Shown here: piece by piece, positions 50,822 to 60,293 of the stretch
Numbering within the stretch: position 1 is the stretch's first letter
How the letters are laid out: each line of letters opens with the position of its first letter
Position numbers and translations under genes: made by a program
The notes under the pieces: generated by a model
What the model was told of the DNA's origin: nothing
What the model saw: the letters and a program-made list of their open reading frames with translations, nothing else
Databases searched by the model: none
Source of the DNA: an uncultured Chloroflexia bacterium
GTDB taxonomy: Bacteria; Chloroflexota; UBA6077; JACCZL01
Reading direction: 5' to 3'
DNA length: 64,000 nucleotides
Assembly (NCBI GenBank): GCA_963765765.1
Contig: CAVXYC010000001.1
Coordinates: 32,001-96,000, forward strand

Positions 50822-51640
50822 ATGGATTTCTTTCAAGCAATCGTTCTCGGCGCAGTTCAGGGTCTTACGGAATTTCTGCCCATCTCCAGTTCGGCACACC
50901 TGGTTCTCGTGCCCTGGCTGCTGGGCTGGCCACCCCATGGAATCGCCTTCGACGCGGCGCTACACATGGGAACCCTGGCTGCGCTGCTGCTCTACTTCTG
51001 GCGCGACTGGGTGAGCGTCATCCGAGCATTCATTCTCGGGATCACTGACAGTCGCGAGCGTAAGACGTTTGAGTATGGGCTCGCCTGGATGCTCATAGTC
51101 GGGTGCATTCCCGCCGCGGCAGTTGGATTCCTGGCCCAGGATTTCATCGAGTCCACCGTTAGGCAGCCATTTACGATTGCAGCGGTCATGGTGGTGTTTG
51201 CCATCGTATTGTTTGTGGCCGAGCGAGTCGGAATTCGCCGACGCGCTATGGAGCAGATCACCATAATGGACGCCCTGATGATCGGTGTGGCTCAGGCCAT
51301 TGCTCTGGTACCTGGGGTGTCGCGCTCGGGGATTACCATTACGGCGGCTCTATTGCTCGGCTTAACCCGCCCTGCCGCCGCGCGCTTCTCCTTCTTGCTT
51401 GCAACGCCAATAGTCCTGGCCGCCGGCTCATTGCAGGGAGTTCACCTCGCCCGCGGTGGCATGGATGGCGATGCCCTCACGGTGCTGCTTGCCGGTGTAC
51501 TTACCGCGGCAATTACCGGCATCGCAGCTATCTGGTTGCTCATGCGGTTCTTGCAACGCAACAGCACAGACGTCTTCGTCTGGTACCGCGTGGCCGCGGG
51601 ATTGTGCGTTTTCTTGATCGCGCTGGTGCACCCCGGCTGA
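50822..51640 (+). CDS. uppP: Undecaprenyl-diphosphate phosphatase
   Basis: QGLTEFLPISSSAHL, PGVSRSG, AARFSFLL. Confidence 0.96.
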   Translation: MDFFQAIVLGAVQGLTEFLPISSSAHLVLVPWLLGWPPHGIAFDAALHMGTLAALLLYFWRDWVSVIRAFILGITDSRERKTFEYGLAWMLIVGCIPAAAVGFLAQDFIESTVRQPFTIAAVMVVFAIVLFVAERVGIRRRAMEQITIMDALMIGVAQAIALVPGVSRSGITITAALLLGLTRPAAARFSFLLATPIVLAAGSLQGVHLARGGMDGDALTVLLAGVLTAAITGIAAIWLLMRFLQRNSTDVFVWYRVAAGLCVFLIALVHPG

Positions 51641-51940
51641 CACCGCAGACGCCTTCTGCCACGAGATCGAGGACTGCACACTTCGCCCGGCCAGGTTGCG
51701 CAAAAATCGTGCGTCTTGCCCAAGCGTTCGGGGCCCATCGGTCAAGTATGATGGTCGAACCTTTCTGCTTGCGACCGACGCCGCTCGCTGAGCCACGGAT
51801 CGCTGCATGCGGACATTGCATCAACTTCACCACGCCGACACCCTGACCGAGCGAGCCTCCTGCATGGCTGATTCGGGCCGGATAGCTGATCGTGTCCCAG
51901 ACAATGGCTCACGGCGGATCAATCGGGAGTTGGCCTCCGG

Positions 51941-53413
51941 ATGACCGCCCCTCTGGATTCGCCCGAGCGCATTCCCGACTACGACACAGGCTCGTTCTGG
52001 GACGAAGTGTTCGAGTCAACGGGAATGCCGCGGTCGCAGTACGCGGGGCTCGCGCGACGGTTGGCCGGGCTGAACTCCGAAGAAGTCGGCCGCCGTCAAC
52101 GCATGGCTGAGCGATCATTTGAAGCGCGCGGCATCACCTTCGCCGTAGGCGCGGACCCATCGGGACCCGAGAAGATCATTCCCTTCGATCTCATTCCGCG
52201 AATCGTAGACGCGAAGGAATGGTCGCGCATCGAACGAGGTCTCGAACAGCGAGTCAGGGCGCTCAATTTATTCCTGCACGACATCTACCACGAGCAGCAC
52301 ATCCTTCAAGATGGAGCGGTTCCGGCCGAGCTCATCGTGGGCTCCCAAAGCTACCAGGTGGAGTGCCGTGAGCTCACCCCGCCACTCGGTGTCTACACGC
52401 ACATCGTTGGAAGTGACCTCGTGCGCGATGGCTCTGGCGAGCTGCACGTGCTGGAAGACAACCTTCGAACGCCATCGGGCGTCTCGTACGTCCTGGAGAA
52501 CCGCCGCGTGCTCAAACGTACCTGGCCGGAGATCTTCCATGACTATGATGTGCGACCTGTAGACGACTATCCGCAGGATCTTCTGGACATTCTGCGCGAC
52601 GTGGCCCCACCAGATCGGGGCGAGCCCACGGTGGCGCTTTTGACTCCGGGTGTCCACAACTCGGCCTTCTTCGAGCACGCGTTTCTGGCAAAGGCGATGG
52701 GTGTTGAGCTGGTTCAGGGGTCAGATCTGTTTATCGATGACGCCCAGCTCTTCATGCGCACTGTCCGCGGACCGGTGCGAATCGACGTGCTCTATCGTCG
52801 CGTGGATGACGATTTTCTCGATCCGCTCGCATTCAAACGCGATTCCATGCTGGGCGTCTCAGGTTTATTTGCCTCACACCGCATGGGACGACTGACCTTG
52901 GCGAACGCCGTGGGCACCGGCATCGCGGATGACAAGGCGGTGTACGCCTTTGTTCCGGACATCATTCGCTATTACACGGACGAGGATCCGATCCTCCCGA
53001 ACGTGCCCACTTATCGTCCCACCGACCCTTTGGAGCTGAGCTACGTCATCGAGCACATCAGCGAGCTCGTGGTGAAGGAAGTGGATGGGAGCGGCGGTTA
53101 TGGCATGCTGGTGGGCCCACAATCGACCCGCGCCGAGCAGGACGAATTCCGCGAGCGAGTTCGGGCAAACCCGCGCGGGTTCATTGCCCAGCCCACGTTA
53201 GCGCTTTCACGCCATCCGTGCTGGGTGGACGACCATATGGAAGGTCGCCACGTGGACCTACGTCCCTTTGTTCTCTTTGGCCGCGAAGTGCGTGTAACGC
53301 CCGGCGGCTTGACACGCGTCGCACTCCGCCGAGACTCACTCGTGGTCAATTCATCGCAGGGCGGAGGCGGGAAGGACACGTGGGTGCTGGACGAATCGAT
53401 GGAGCAGTTATGA
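51941..53413 (+). CDS. Circularly permuted type 2 ATP-grasp protein
   Basis: IPFDLIPR, LEDNLRTPSGVSY, YRRVDDDFLDP, VNSSQGGGGKDTWV. Confidence 0.95.
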   Translation: MTAPLDSPERIPDYDTGSFWDEVFESTGMPRSQYAGLARRLAGLNSEEVGRRQRMAERSFEARGITFAVGADPSGPEKIIPFDLIPRIVDAKEWSRIERGLEQRVRALNLFLHDIYHEQHILQDGAVPAELIVGSQSYQVECRELTPPLGVYTHIVGSDLVRDGSGELHVLEDNLRTPSGVSYVLENRRVLKRTWPEIFHDYDVRPVDDYPQDLLDILRDVAPPDRGEPTVALLTPGVHNSAFFEHAFLAKAMGVELVQGSDLFIDDAQLFMRTVRGPVRIDVLYRRVDDDFLDPLAFKRDSMLGVSGLFASHRMGRLTLANAVGTGIADDKAVYAFVPDIIRYYTDEDPILPNVPTYRPTDPLELSYVIEHISELVVKEVDGSGGYGMLVGPQSTRAEQDEFRERVRANPRGFIAQPTLALSRHPCWVDDHMEGRHVDLRPFVLFGREVRVTPGGLTRVALRRDSLVVNSSQGGGGKDTWVLDESMEQL

Positions 53414-53487
53414 CGCTTCGCGGGAGTACTGCCCAGCACAAGGCGACGGCTCGTACAACGCACGTGTCGTTGGTGGAGCGATAACTC

Positions 53488-54492
53488 ATGCTGTGTCGAG
53501 TGGCTGAAGATCTGTTCTGGATGAGCCGCGACGTGGAGCGCGCGATATCCACCGGGCGGATTATCGACGTGATGATGCACCTGGAGCTGGACGCGGGGCC
53601 CGAGCGCGAGGTCGCCTCCAGCATCTGGGGCGCCCTCACCCCGGGCCCCCAGAATGGTCTCGACTCGTCCGGTGATGCCATGTCCCTCCAGCGATATCTA
53701 GCGAATGAGCACGACAATCCCAATTCCATGGCAGCCTGTCTGCGGCGTGCCCGAACAAATGCACGCGGCGTTCGCGACACGATCTCGAGTGAGATGTGGG
53801 AGCAGATCAATCGGGTCTACCTCTCGCTCGTAGCGCCAGGCTTCGCCGTTGCCTCAGACGACAACCCGCAAGGCTATTTCTCAACCGTTCGCGAGGGGCT
53901 GCACTTTTTTCAAGGCCTGGTGGACAGCACACTTGCACGCGATGAGGCGTGGCTGTTCCTCTCGTTGGGTAAATATCTCGAGCGAGCCAACGCCGTCACG
54001 CGCATCGTGGCGGCCGAGGCGCCGTTCCTCCTTGGCGAAGAAGGGACGGACGATGAGGCGGTACGCTGGTTGGCCATTCTTCGCACGTGCGGCTCTGGCG
54101 AGGCGTACGCGCGCCACTATGCCATGCGCGTCGAGCCGGCCCGGGTGCTCGAGTTCCTGCTTTTGAATCCGACGTTTCCTCAATCAGTACGCTTTGCGAT
54201 CGCCAGCGCCCACGATGCGCTGACGGCGCTGTCGGGATCAAACCTGACCGGGGAGCGCGCTCCCAGACCGGTCCGTACGCTGGGCCGACTGCGTGCCCAG
54301 CTCGAGCACAGCGCCGTTGACGAGATTTTGGAAGACGGTCTGCCTGTCTTCCTGAGAGAAGTGCTGGCTAGCATCGCGGCAGCCAGCAATCAGATTGCCC
54401 AGACGTATTTTCAAGAAGGTCTGGCGGCGGCGTCCGAGCCCGCCGCCACGCGAGCCGCCGTCATTATGGCCGCTCACCAGCAACAGCAGTAA
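53488..54492 (+). CDS. Alpha-E domain protein (DUF403)
   Basis: MLCRVAEDLFWMSRDVERA, ARTNARGVRDTISSEMWEQIN, LGKYLERA, FPQSVRF. Confidence 0.93.
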   Translation: MLCRVAEDLFWMSRDVERAISTGRIIDVMMHLELDAGPEREVASSIWGALTPGPQNGLDSSGDAMSLQRYLANEHDNPNSMAACLRRARTNARGVRDTISSEMWEQINRVYLSLVAPGFAVASDDNPQGYFSTVREGLHFFQGLVDSTLARDEAWLFLSLGKYLERANAVTRIVAAEAPFLLGEEGTDDEAVRWLAILRTCGSGEAYARHYAMRVEPARVLEFLLLNPTFPQSVRFAIASAHDALTALSGSNLTGERAPRPVRTLGRLRAQLEHSAVDEILEDGLPVFLREVLASIAAASNQIAQTYFQEGLAAASEPAATRAAVIMAAHQQQQ

Positions 54493-54495
54493 ATC

Positions 54496-55335
54496 GTGCG
54501 TACGCTCATCTCCCACATCACGCGGCTCGAGTACGACGCCGAAGTCACAGAGTCCGTCATCGACGTCCGTCTCGGCCCGCTTTCCGACCAGGATCAGAAC
54601 TGGACTCGTTTCGACCTTCGCGTGCGACCAACGGCGGGAAATCGATCGTATCTCGACGGTCTGGGCAACACCTCACGACTGATCACGGTAGCCAGGCCGC
54701 ACCAATTTCTGGAGATCGCCGCCCGGCACGAAGTCCACACGGTGCTCGCCGATCCGTTCGCCATGCCCGGCAGAGCCACCCGCCCCGCTCGCTCCGACGG
54801 AGCGCATTCAGCTCCTGGCGCCCTCCGCGCTGGTGAAAATCAGCGACGATGTATTGAGTCTGGCCGAGCCACATCGGCCGCGCGACCCCAGAGGACACGC
54901 TGGAGTCGGTCCAGGCACTCATGGAGCTCGTACACGATCAGCTCGAATACGAGACTGGCTACACCACAGTGACCACAACACTGCATGAAGTGCTGGAGCA
55001 CAAGCGCGGCGTCTGCCAGGATTTTACGCATGTACTCATTGGTCTGTGCCGGGCCGTCGGACATCCCAGCGCGCTATGTGAGCGGCTACATCATCACCAC
55101 GCCTGACTCGGATCGCCGAGGCGGGGCCGCGTCACATGCCTGGGTGGAAGCGTATACACCCACTCATGGCTGGCGCGGATTCGATCCCACGAATAACGTG
55201 CTGGCAAGCCTCTACCACGTAAAGATGGCGCGCGGACGCGATTACGCGGATGTTCCTCCCACCCGCGGCACCTATCGTGGCGTGTCGAAAGAGACGCTCA
55301 CCGTCCACGTTGAGACATCCGCCGAGACAGAGTAG
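54496..55335 (+). CDS. Transglutaminase-like protein (frameshifts near 54770 and 55062)
   Basis: GVCQDF, PARYVSGY, SHAWVE, GFDPTN, GRDYADVPP. Confidence 0.9.
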
Positions 55336-55662
55336 CTATTGTGGACGCGGCAATCTTCGCCGCCTTCTCGCGAAGCTGAAAGCCGACCTCCACGTCGCTC
55401 CGCTCGGTGTGAAATCCGGCACTAGCCGCGGTCCCAAGCTGCTCGGCGCCCAATGAAGTGCTTCGTAGCGCAACTGAGCGCCAATTGGCGATGCCTCACA
55501 GCTAATGAGCGCTATTTCGTAGCGCAACCGAGAGCCAAATTCACGGGTCGACACGCCGACCATCGTATTTATTAGGGAACGTCCGGAGCCCTCTCGGGGG
55601 AACGGCGCCGTCCGCAAGGCGGGGTCGTCGTTGGGGCTTCGGGCGTTCACATCATCGTTCAA
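55336..55662 (-). CDS. Possible hypothetical protein
   Basis: 108-aa ORF filling an intergenic gap, with GAGG before a TTG start; no family recognised. Confidence 0.35.
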   Translation of the reverse strand: MNDDVNARSPNDDPALRTAPFPREGSGRSLINTMVGVSTREFGSRLRYEIALISCEASPIGAQLRYEALHWAPSSLGPRLVPDFTPSGATWRSAFSFARRRRRLPRPQ

Positions 55663-55818
55663 CTGGCTCGCCTCAACGATCAGGGCGGTCTGCTAATGCC
55701 TTCTGGAACTGTGCATACCTTGCGGCAGCGTTTCGGTTGCTATCCCCGTTTGGAACGGTTGTGGCAACAGACCTCGCCAGTCGGGCTCATGCCATACTGA
55801 GTCTGGAGGATGCCCATC

Positions 55819-56934
55819 GTGATCGTCGGAGTACCCACCGAGACAAAGGACAATGAGCGCCGCGTTGCGTTGACGCCGACCGGCGTCGCGGCGTTGAGAG
55901 ACGCGGGGCATACGGTGCTGATCCAGTCTGCGGCGGGTGACGGCAGCGGCTTCTCGGACGATGAGTTCAAGATCGCCGGCGCCAGGATCGTGTCCACCGC
56001 GGCTGACGCATGGGCTGCCGAGATGGTGATCAAAGTCAAGGAGCCGCTCCCCTCGGAATACGATTTCCTGCGCGCGAATCAGATTGTTTTTACCTATCTT
56101 CACCTGGCGCCCGAGCCAGAGCTGACTCGGCGCCTTCTGGCGGCGGGTACGATTGGCATCGCCTACGAGACCGTTCGAGAGGCGAATGGCTCACTGCCGA
56201 TTCTGATTCCAATGAGTGAGGTTGCCGGCCGCATGGCGGTTCAGATCGGTGCGCAGTTCCTCACTCACATGCAGGGTGGCCGTGGAACACTACTCGGCGG
56301 CGTTCCAGGTGTTGCCCCCGGACGCGTCGTCGTTCTGGGAGCCGGGACAGTCGGGACGTACGCTACGCGTATCGCACTCGGCATGGGCGCCGACGTGACG
56401 GTGATCGATCGGAATCTTGATCGTCTGCGCCAGCTCGATCTAGACCTTTCCGGGCGGCTCACTACCGTGGCCTCGAACACCGCGGCGATCGCTCAGGCGG
56501 TGGCTTCCGCGGACCTCGTTGTCGGAGCTGTGCTGGTGGCTGGCGGGAAGGCGCCCGTGATTGTCACAGAGGATATGGTGCGCGCCATGCCGCGCGGGTC
56601 AGTGATCGTGGATGTCGCCGTGGATCAAGGCGGATGCATCGCAACTACGCGGCCTACCAGCCATAGCGAGCCTACCTTCGTCAAACACGGTGTCGTCCAC
56701 TATTGCGTCGCGAACATCCCTGGAGCGGTTCCGCGGACCTCGACGTTTGCGCTGAGCAATGCCAGCCTCCCATACGCGCTCCAACTGGCAAGGAGCACAC
56801 CTGAAACAGCTCTTCGGGAGTCTCCGGCCCTGGCCGCGGGAGTAAACACATTCCGCGGAGCGCTTACAAACGGGGCTGTCGCCGATTCTCTCGGGCTGCC
56901 CTTTACTCCCCTGGAAGATGTCCTGAGAGTATGA
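55819..56934 (+). CDS. ald: Alanine dehydrogenase
   Basis: IVGVPTETKDNERRVALTP, KVKEP, FTYLHLA, MSEVAGR, DVAVDQGGC; the GTG at 55819 fits the GGAGG spacing. Confidence 0.95.
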   Translation: MIVGVPTETKDNERRVALTPTGVAALRDAGHTVLIQSAAGDGSGFSDDEFKIAGARIVSTAADAWAAEMVIKVKEPLPSEYDFLRANQIVFTYLHLAPEPELTRRLLAAGTIGIAYETVREANGSLPILIPMSEVAGRMAVQIGAQFLTHMQGGRGTLLGGVPGVAPGRVVVLGAGTVGTYATRIALGMGADVTVIDRNLDRLRQLDLDLSGRLTTVASNTAAIAQAVASADLVVGAVLVAGGKAPVIVTEDMVRAMPRGSVIVDVAVDQGGCIATTRPTSHSEPTFVKHGVVHYCVANIPGAVPRTSTFALSNASLPYALQLARSTPETALRESPALAAGVNTFRGALTNGAVADSLGLPFTPLEDVLRV

Positions 56935-56967
56935 TCGGCGACGGTCAGGCTTGAGCAGGAGGTACCG

Positions 56968-57718
56968 ATGAGCCGCGAATACCGCATTGGACTGCTTGTT
57001 CCCTCATCCAACACGACCGTGGAGCCGGAGTTCTATCGCGCGTTGCCCGATGACGTGACTGTTCATTGCGCCCGCATGTTCCTCCAGCAGATCAACGCGG
57101 ATTCCATTCAGCGTACCGCTGAGGACGTTGAGCGCGAGAGTCAGGGGCTGGCCTCCGCGGATGTTGACGTGGTGGTACTCGGCGCCACCGCGCCCAGCTT
57201 CATCAACGGCCTGGGATATGACCGTGAAATGTGCACGTCGGATTGAGCGAGCGTGCGGGAAACCGGCCGTCACCACCTCCAGTGGCCTCATCGATGCACT
57301 GAGTGAGATGGGGATCAGGCGTATCTCGCTGGGTTCTGCCTATCCCGAGGCCATCAACGAAGTTTGCGCTAACTTCCTGAGCGCAAATGGCCTGGATATC
57401 GTGGCGATGGACGGATTGGGCATTGAGGACAACCTGATCGTGGGTCGCCTATCCGCGGAGACCGCGTATGAGATGGGCCGATCCATCGATCGTCCGGAAT
57501 CAGAAGCGATCGTCCTGGCCTGCACCAACTGGCGCAGTATGGCCATCGTCGAGCGACTCGAACACGACCTGTGCAAACCCGTGCTCAGCACCACCCAGGT
57601 CAGCATCTGGGCCGCGCTGCGGCGCATCGGCTACCCGTTCAACATCAGCGGGTACGGGCAGTTGCTGGCGGAGCGTGTGGCGCCGGCCGCCAACGTGCCC
57701 GCGGTACCCTCACCCTAA
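56968..57718 (+). CDS. Maleate isomerase/arylmalonate decarboxylase family (Asp/Glu racemase superfamily); frameshift near 57230
   Basis: RIGLLVPSSNTTVEPE, LACTNW, KPVLST, GYGQLL. Confidence 0.88.
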
Positions 57719-57805
57719 CCCTCTCCCAAAGGGCGAGGGAACAGGTCAAGCCCGATATCGACTAACGCAGTTCCCTCGCCCTTTGGGGGAGGGTTAGGGT
57801 GAGGG
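57707..57805. repeat. BoxC-like inverted repeat cassette
   Basis: CCCTCACCCTAACCCTCTCCCAAAGGGCGAGGGAAC and its reverse complement (1 mismatch in 36); supplies the TAA stop of the upstream gene. Confidence 0.88.
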
Positions 57806-57830
57806 CGGCGCGAAATCCCCCAGCAAACCT

Positions 57831-58730
57831 CTACCCCGCCACGCCGATGCGGTTATCCACTAGCTCCTCATATGCCGCGTCCGGTCGGGCGAGGCCCCAG
57901 CTCACGAGCCAGGCGCGCGTCTTCTCGAACTCCTCCGCGGGGTAGGGACGAGGGTCCACGTAGCGGAGCCGAGACAGACGGAAGTCGTCCGCGGTTAGAG
58001 GACCAAATTCGTCGGGCACGTCGGCAATCAGGTAGTGAAGATATTTCTTCTTATCGGCGTTGATCAGCTTTACGGCTCCGCGAATGGCTCGATCGATCGC
58101 TTCGAGCGTATCGGTATCCATGCCGGGCGCGGCCATCTCAGAACCGGCGTAGTGTCCCTCGATAATCAAGTTGCAGCCGTCGCGCTCGGCGATGGCAATG
58201 TACGGCTCCATCAACGCGGCAGCGTCCACGGTGCCATCAAGCATCGCCTTATAGCGCAACGCCGCCTGGCCCAGGTGCACCACCTTGATCTCGTCGCGAT
58301 CCATGAATCCCTCGAGCATCTGGAGCGTCAGGTAGTGCGAGCCGGCGTGGAAATTGACCGCGACTGTCTTGTTGCGCAGGTCCTGCGGATGCGTGAGCGG
58401 GGAATCGGGCCGGACGAAGATGCCCTGGCTGGCCACCGATGGCCGCAATGAGATCATGCGCCCGCCGATCTCGCTATCGTCGGAGCGGCGGATCTGACCC
58501 CACTCGCACGCGCTGAAGAAGTCCGCGCCTTGCTCTTCGAACGGCTTGTGTCGCCAGAACGGATCGATCTTGGTCGGATCGGTCTCAGGCGCTCGGTTCG
58601 GGTCCCAGAGGTGGCCTTTCACAAACTCGACGTCGAGTCCCTCCTTCTCGAAGAGGCCCTCCTCCGCGGCCACCAGCCACGGGAGATTGAACACAGCCTG
58701 GGCGTACTCGCTGACGATCTTGCGTGGCAT
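57831..58730 (-). CDS. NMT1/SsuA-like periplasmic-binding-fold protein without signal peptide
   Basis: LPWLVAAEEGLFEKEGLDVEF, GTVDAAALMEPY; no hydrophobic N-terminus. Confidence 0.85.
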   Translation of the reverse strand: MPRKIVSEYAQAVFNLPWLVAAEEGLFEKEGLDVEFVKGHLWDPNRAPETDPTKIDPFWRHKPFEEQGADFFSACEWGQIRRSDDSEIGGRMISLRPSVASQGIFVRPDSPLTHPQDLRNKTVAVNFHAGSHYLTLQMLEGFMDRDEIKVVHLGQAALRYKAMLDGTVDAAALMEPYIAIAERDGCNLIIEGHYAGSEMAAPGMDTDTLEAIDRAIRGAVKLINADKKKYLHYLIADVPDEFGPLTADDFRLSRLRYVDPRPYPAEEFEKTRAWLVSWGLARPDAAYEELVDNRIGVAG

Positions 58731-58965
58731 AGCGTCTCCCTCGTGCGCCGAAATTTCGGCACGGTCCCTTGAGTGAAACTCTAGTGACCCTACTCAGGCA
58801 GCGTCAACCGCGACGAAATGGGGCCGACCACGATCTCAGAGAGATGTGCCAGGCACGTTGGCCGGAGGGTGATTGCTGTTGGTCTGCCACTGGCGAAGCC
58901 TACAATGATTGGCGGCTCATTGTTTGGTTCGACACCGCTTTGATCCGTTCTCGTAGGAGGTTGCC

Positions 58966-60197
58966 TTGCTGATTCCTCGTACGTCTCGTCGCCTCTCCGT
59001 ACTGGCGGCATTGCTGATTCCCGCGCTGCTGGCGGCTTGCTCGCCGGCCGCGAGCACACCACCGCCGGCCAAGCCCACCGAGGCAGCGGCAAAGCCGGCT
59101 GCTTCGCCCGCGGCGGCGGCCAGTCCGGCCGCGGCGCCCGCCGCATCGCCGGCCGCCGCGCAGCCGCATCTCCGGCGGCCTCACCGGCGGCGGCCGCCAA
59201 GCCCACGGCTCAGGTGGACCCGACGCTGGCCTCGGTCTGGCAGGGGAAAACGGTGACGCTGATCGTAGCCGAGAACCCGGGCGGTGGGAATGACGCCTGG
59301 GCGCGGTTAGTGGCACGCCACATTGGCAAGCACCTACCGGGTACACCACAAGTGATCGTGGAGAACATGCCCGGCGCCGGTCACCGCATTGGCGCCAACG
59401 CAATTTACGCATCGAAGCCGGATGGGTTGACCATGGGCCTGGTCGATCGCTACATCCCCAGCTTCCAGCTCCGAGGCGAAGGCCCTGGCGAAGGCGTCCG
59501 ATATGACGCTACGAAGATCGGCTGGCTCGGAAGTACCACCACCGAGACGCAGGCGGTGTTCGTCAATAGTCGCACAGGGGTGAAGGAAGTGAAGGACGTG
59601 CCGAACGTCCAGCTCAATTTCACCAACGCGGGCCCCGGCAGTCCCCCGCACGTCTTCCAGATCGTGCTCAGGGAAGGATTGGGCTGGAAAACGCGCTCAA
59701 TCTTCGGCTACGTTGGCACCGCACAGCAGTGGCTGGCGATGGACCGAGACGAGGTTGACGCGTTCACGACAGCGTGGTCATCCGCCATTCTGCAGAAGGG
59801 GGACGACATTAAGAGCGGCAAATATCTGCCAATCGTCCAGCTCGGTGGGGCGCGGATCAAAGATCCGCTAGCTGCGCGCGTGCCCTGGGCCGAAGACCTG
59901 TTTCAGGACAAGAGTGCCGAGATGCAGCAGCTTTTGACTCTGGCGCAGCGCCCATTCGCCTGGTCCCGCTCGTTTCTGACCTCCCCGGAACTTCCTCCAA
60001 ACGTTCTGTCCACAATGCGCGCAGCCTTCATGCTGGCCTGCGCCGACCCAGCCTTCCTGGCCGAGGCGGAGCAGCTCAAGTTTGACGTGGACGCCGTCCC
60101 GGGCGAGCGCGTTCAGGAGCTGATCCTGGAATACATGAACACTCCCAAGCCGATCGTGGACCGACTGTCAGCGCTGATCGAGGCGGACACCGAATAA
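58966..60197 (+). CDS. TctC/Bug family tripartite tricarboxylate transporter binding lipoprotein (frameshift near 59160)
   Basis: LAAC lipobox; GKTVTLIV..PGGGND..ARL; VENMPGAG; KPDGLT. Confidence 0.88.
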
Positions 60198-60200
60198 ACG

Positions 60201-60287
60201 AGTTAAGAGTTCAAAATGAAAAGTGGAACTGAACTGTCAGTCAAAGTGCTCCCCTCATTTTGAACTCTTAACTTTTAACTTTTCACT
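60201..60287. repeat. AT-rich heptamer-periodic inverted repeat
   Basis: AGTTAAGAGTTCAAAATGA / TCATTTTGAACTCTTAACT, perfect 19-bp IR extended by TTTAACT-TTTCACT units. Confidence 0.8.
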
Positions 60288-60293
60288 CGGGCG

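Noticed and set aside
51697-51713. NtrC-like box TGCGCAAAAATCGTGCG upstream of the ATP-grasp operon
   Set aside because: Four mismatches, single copy, and no correctly spaced sigma54 promoter downstream.
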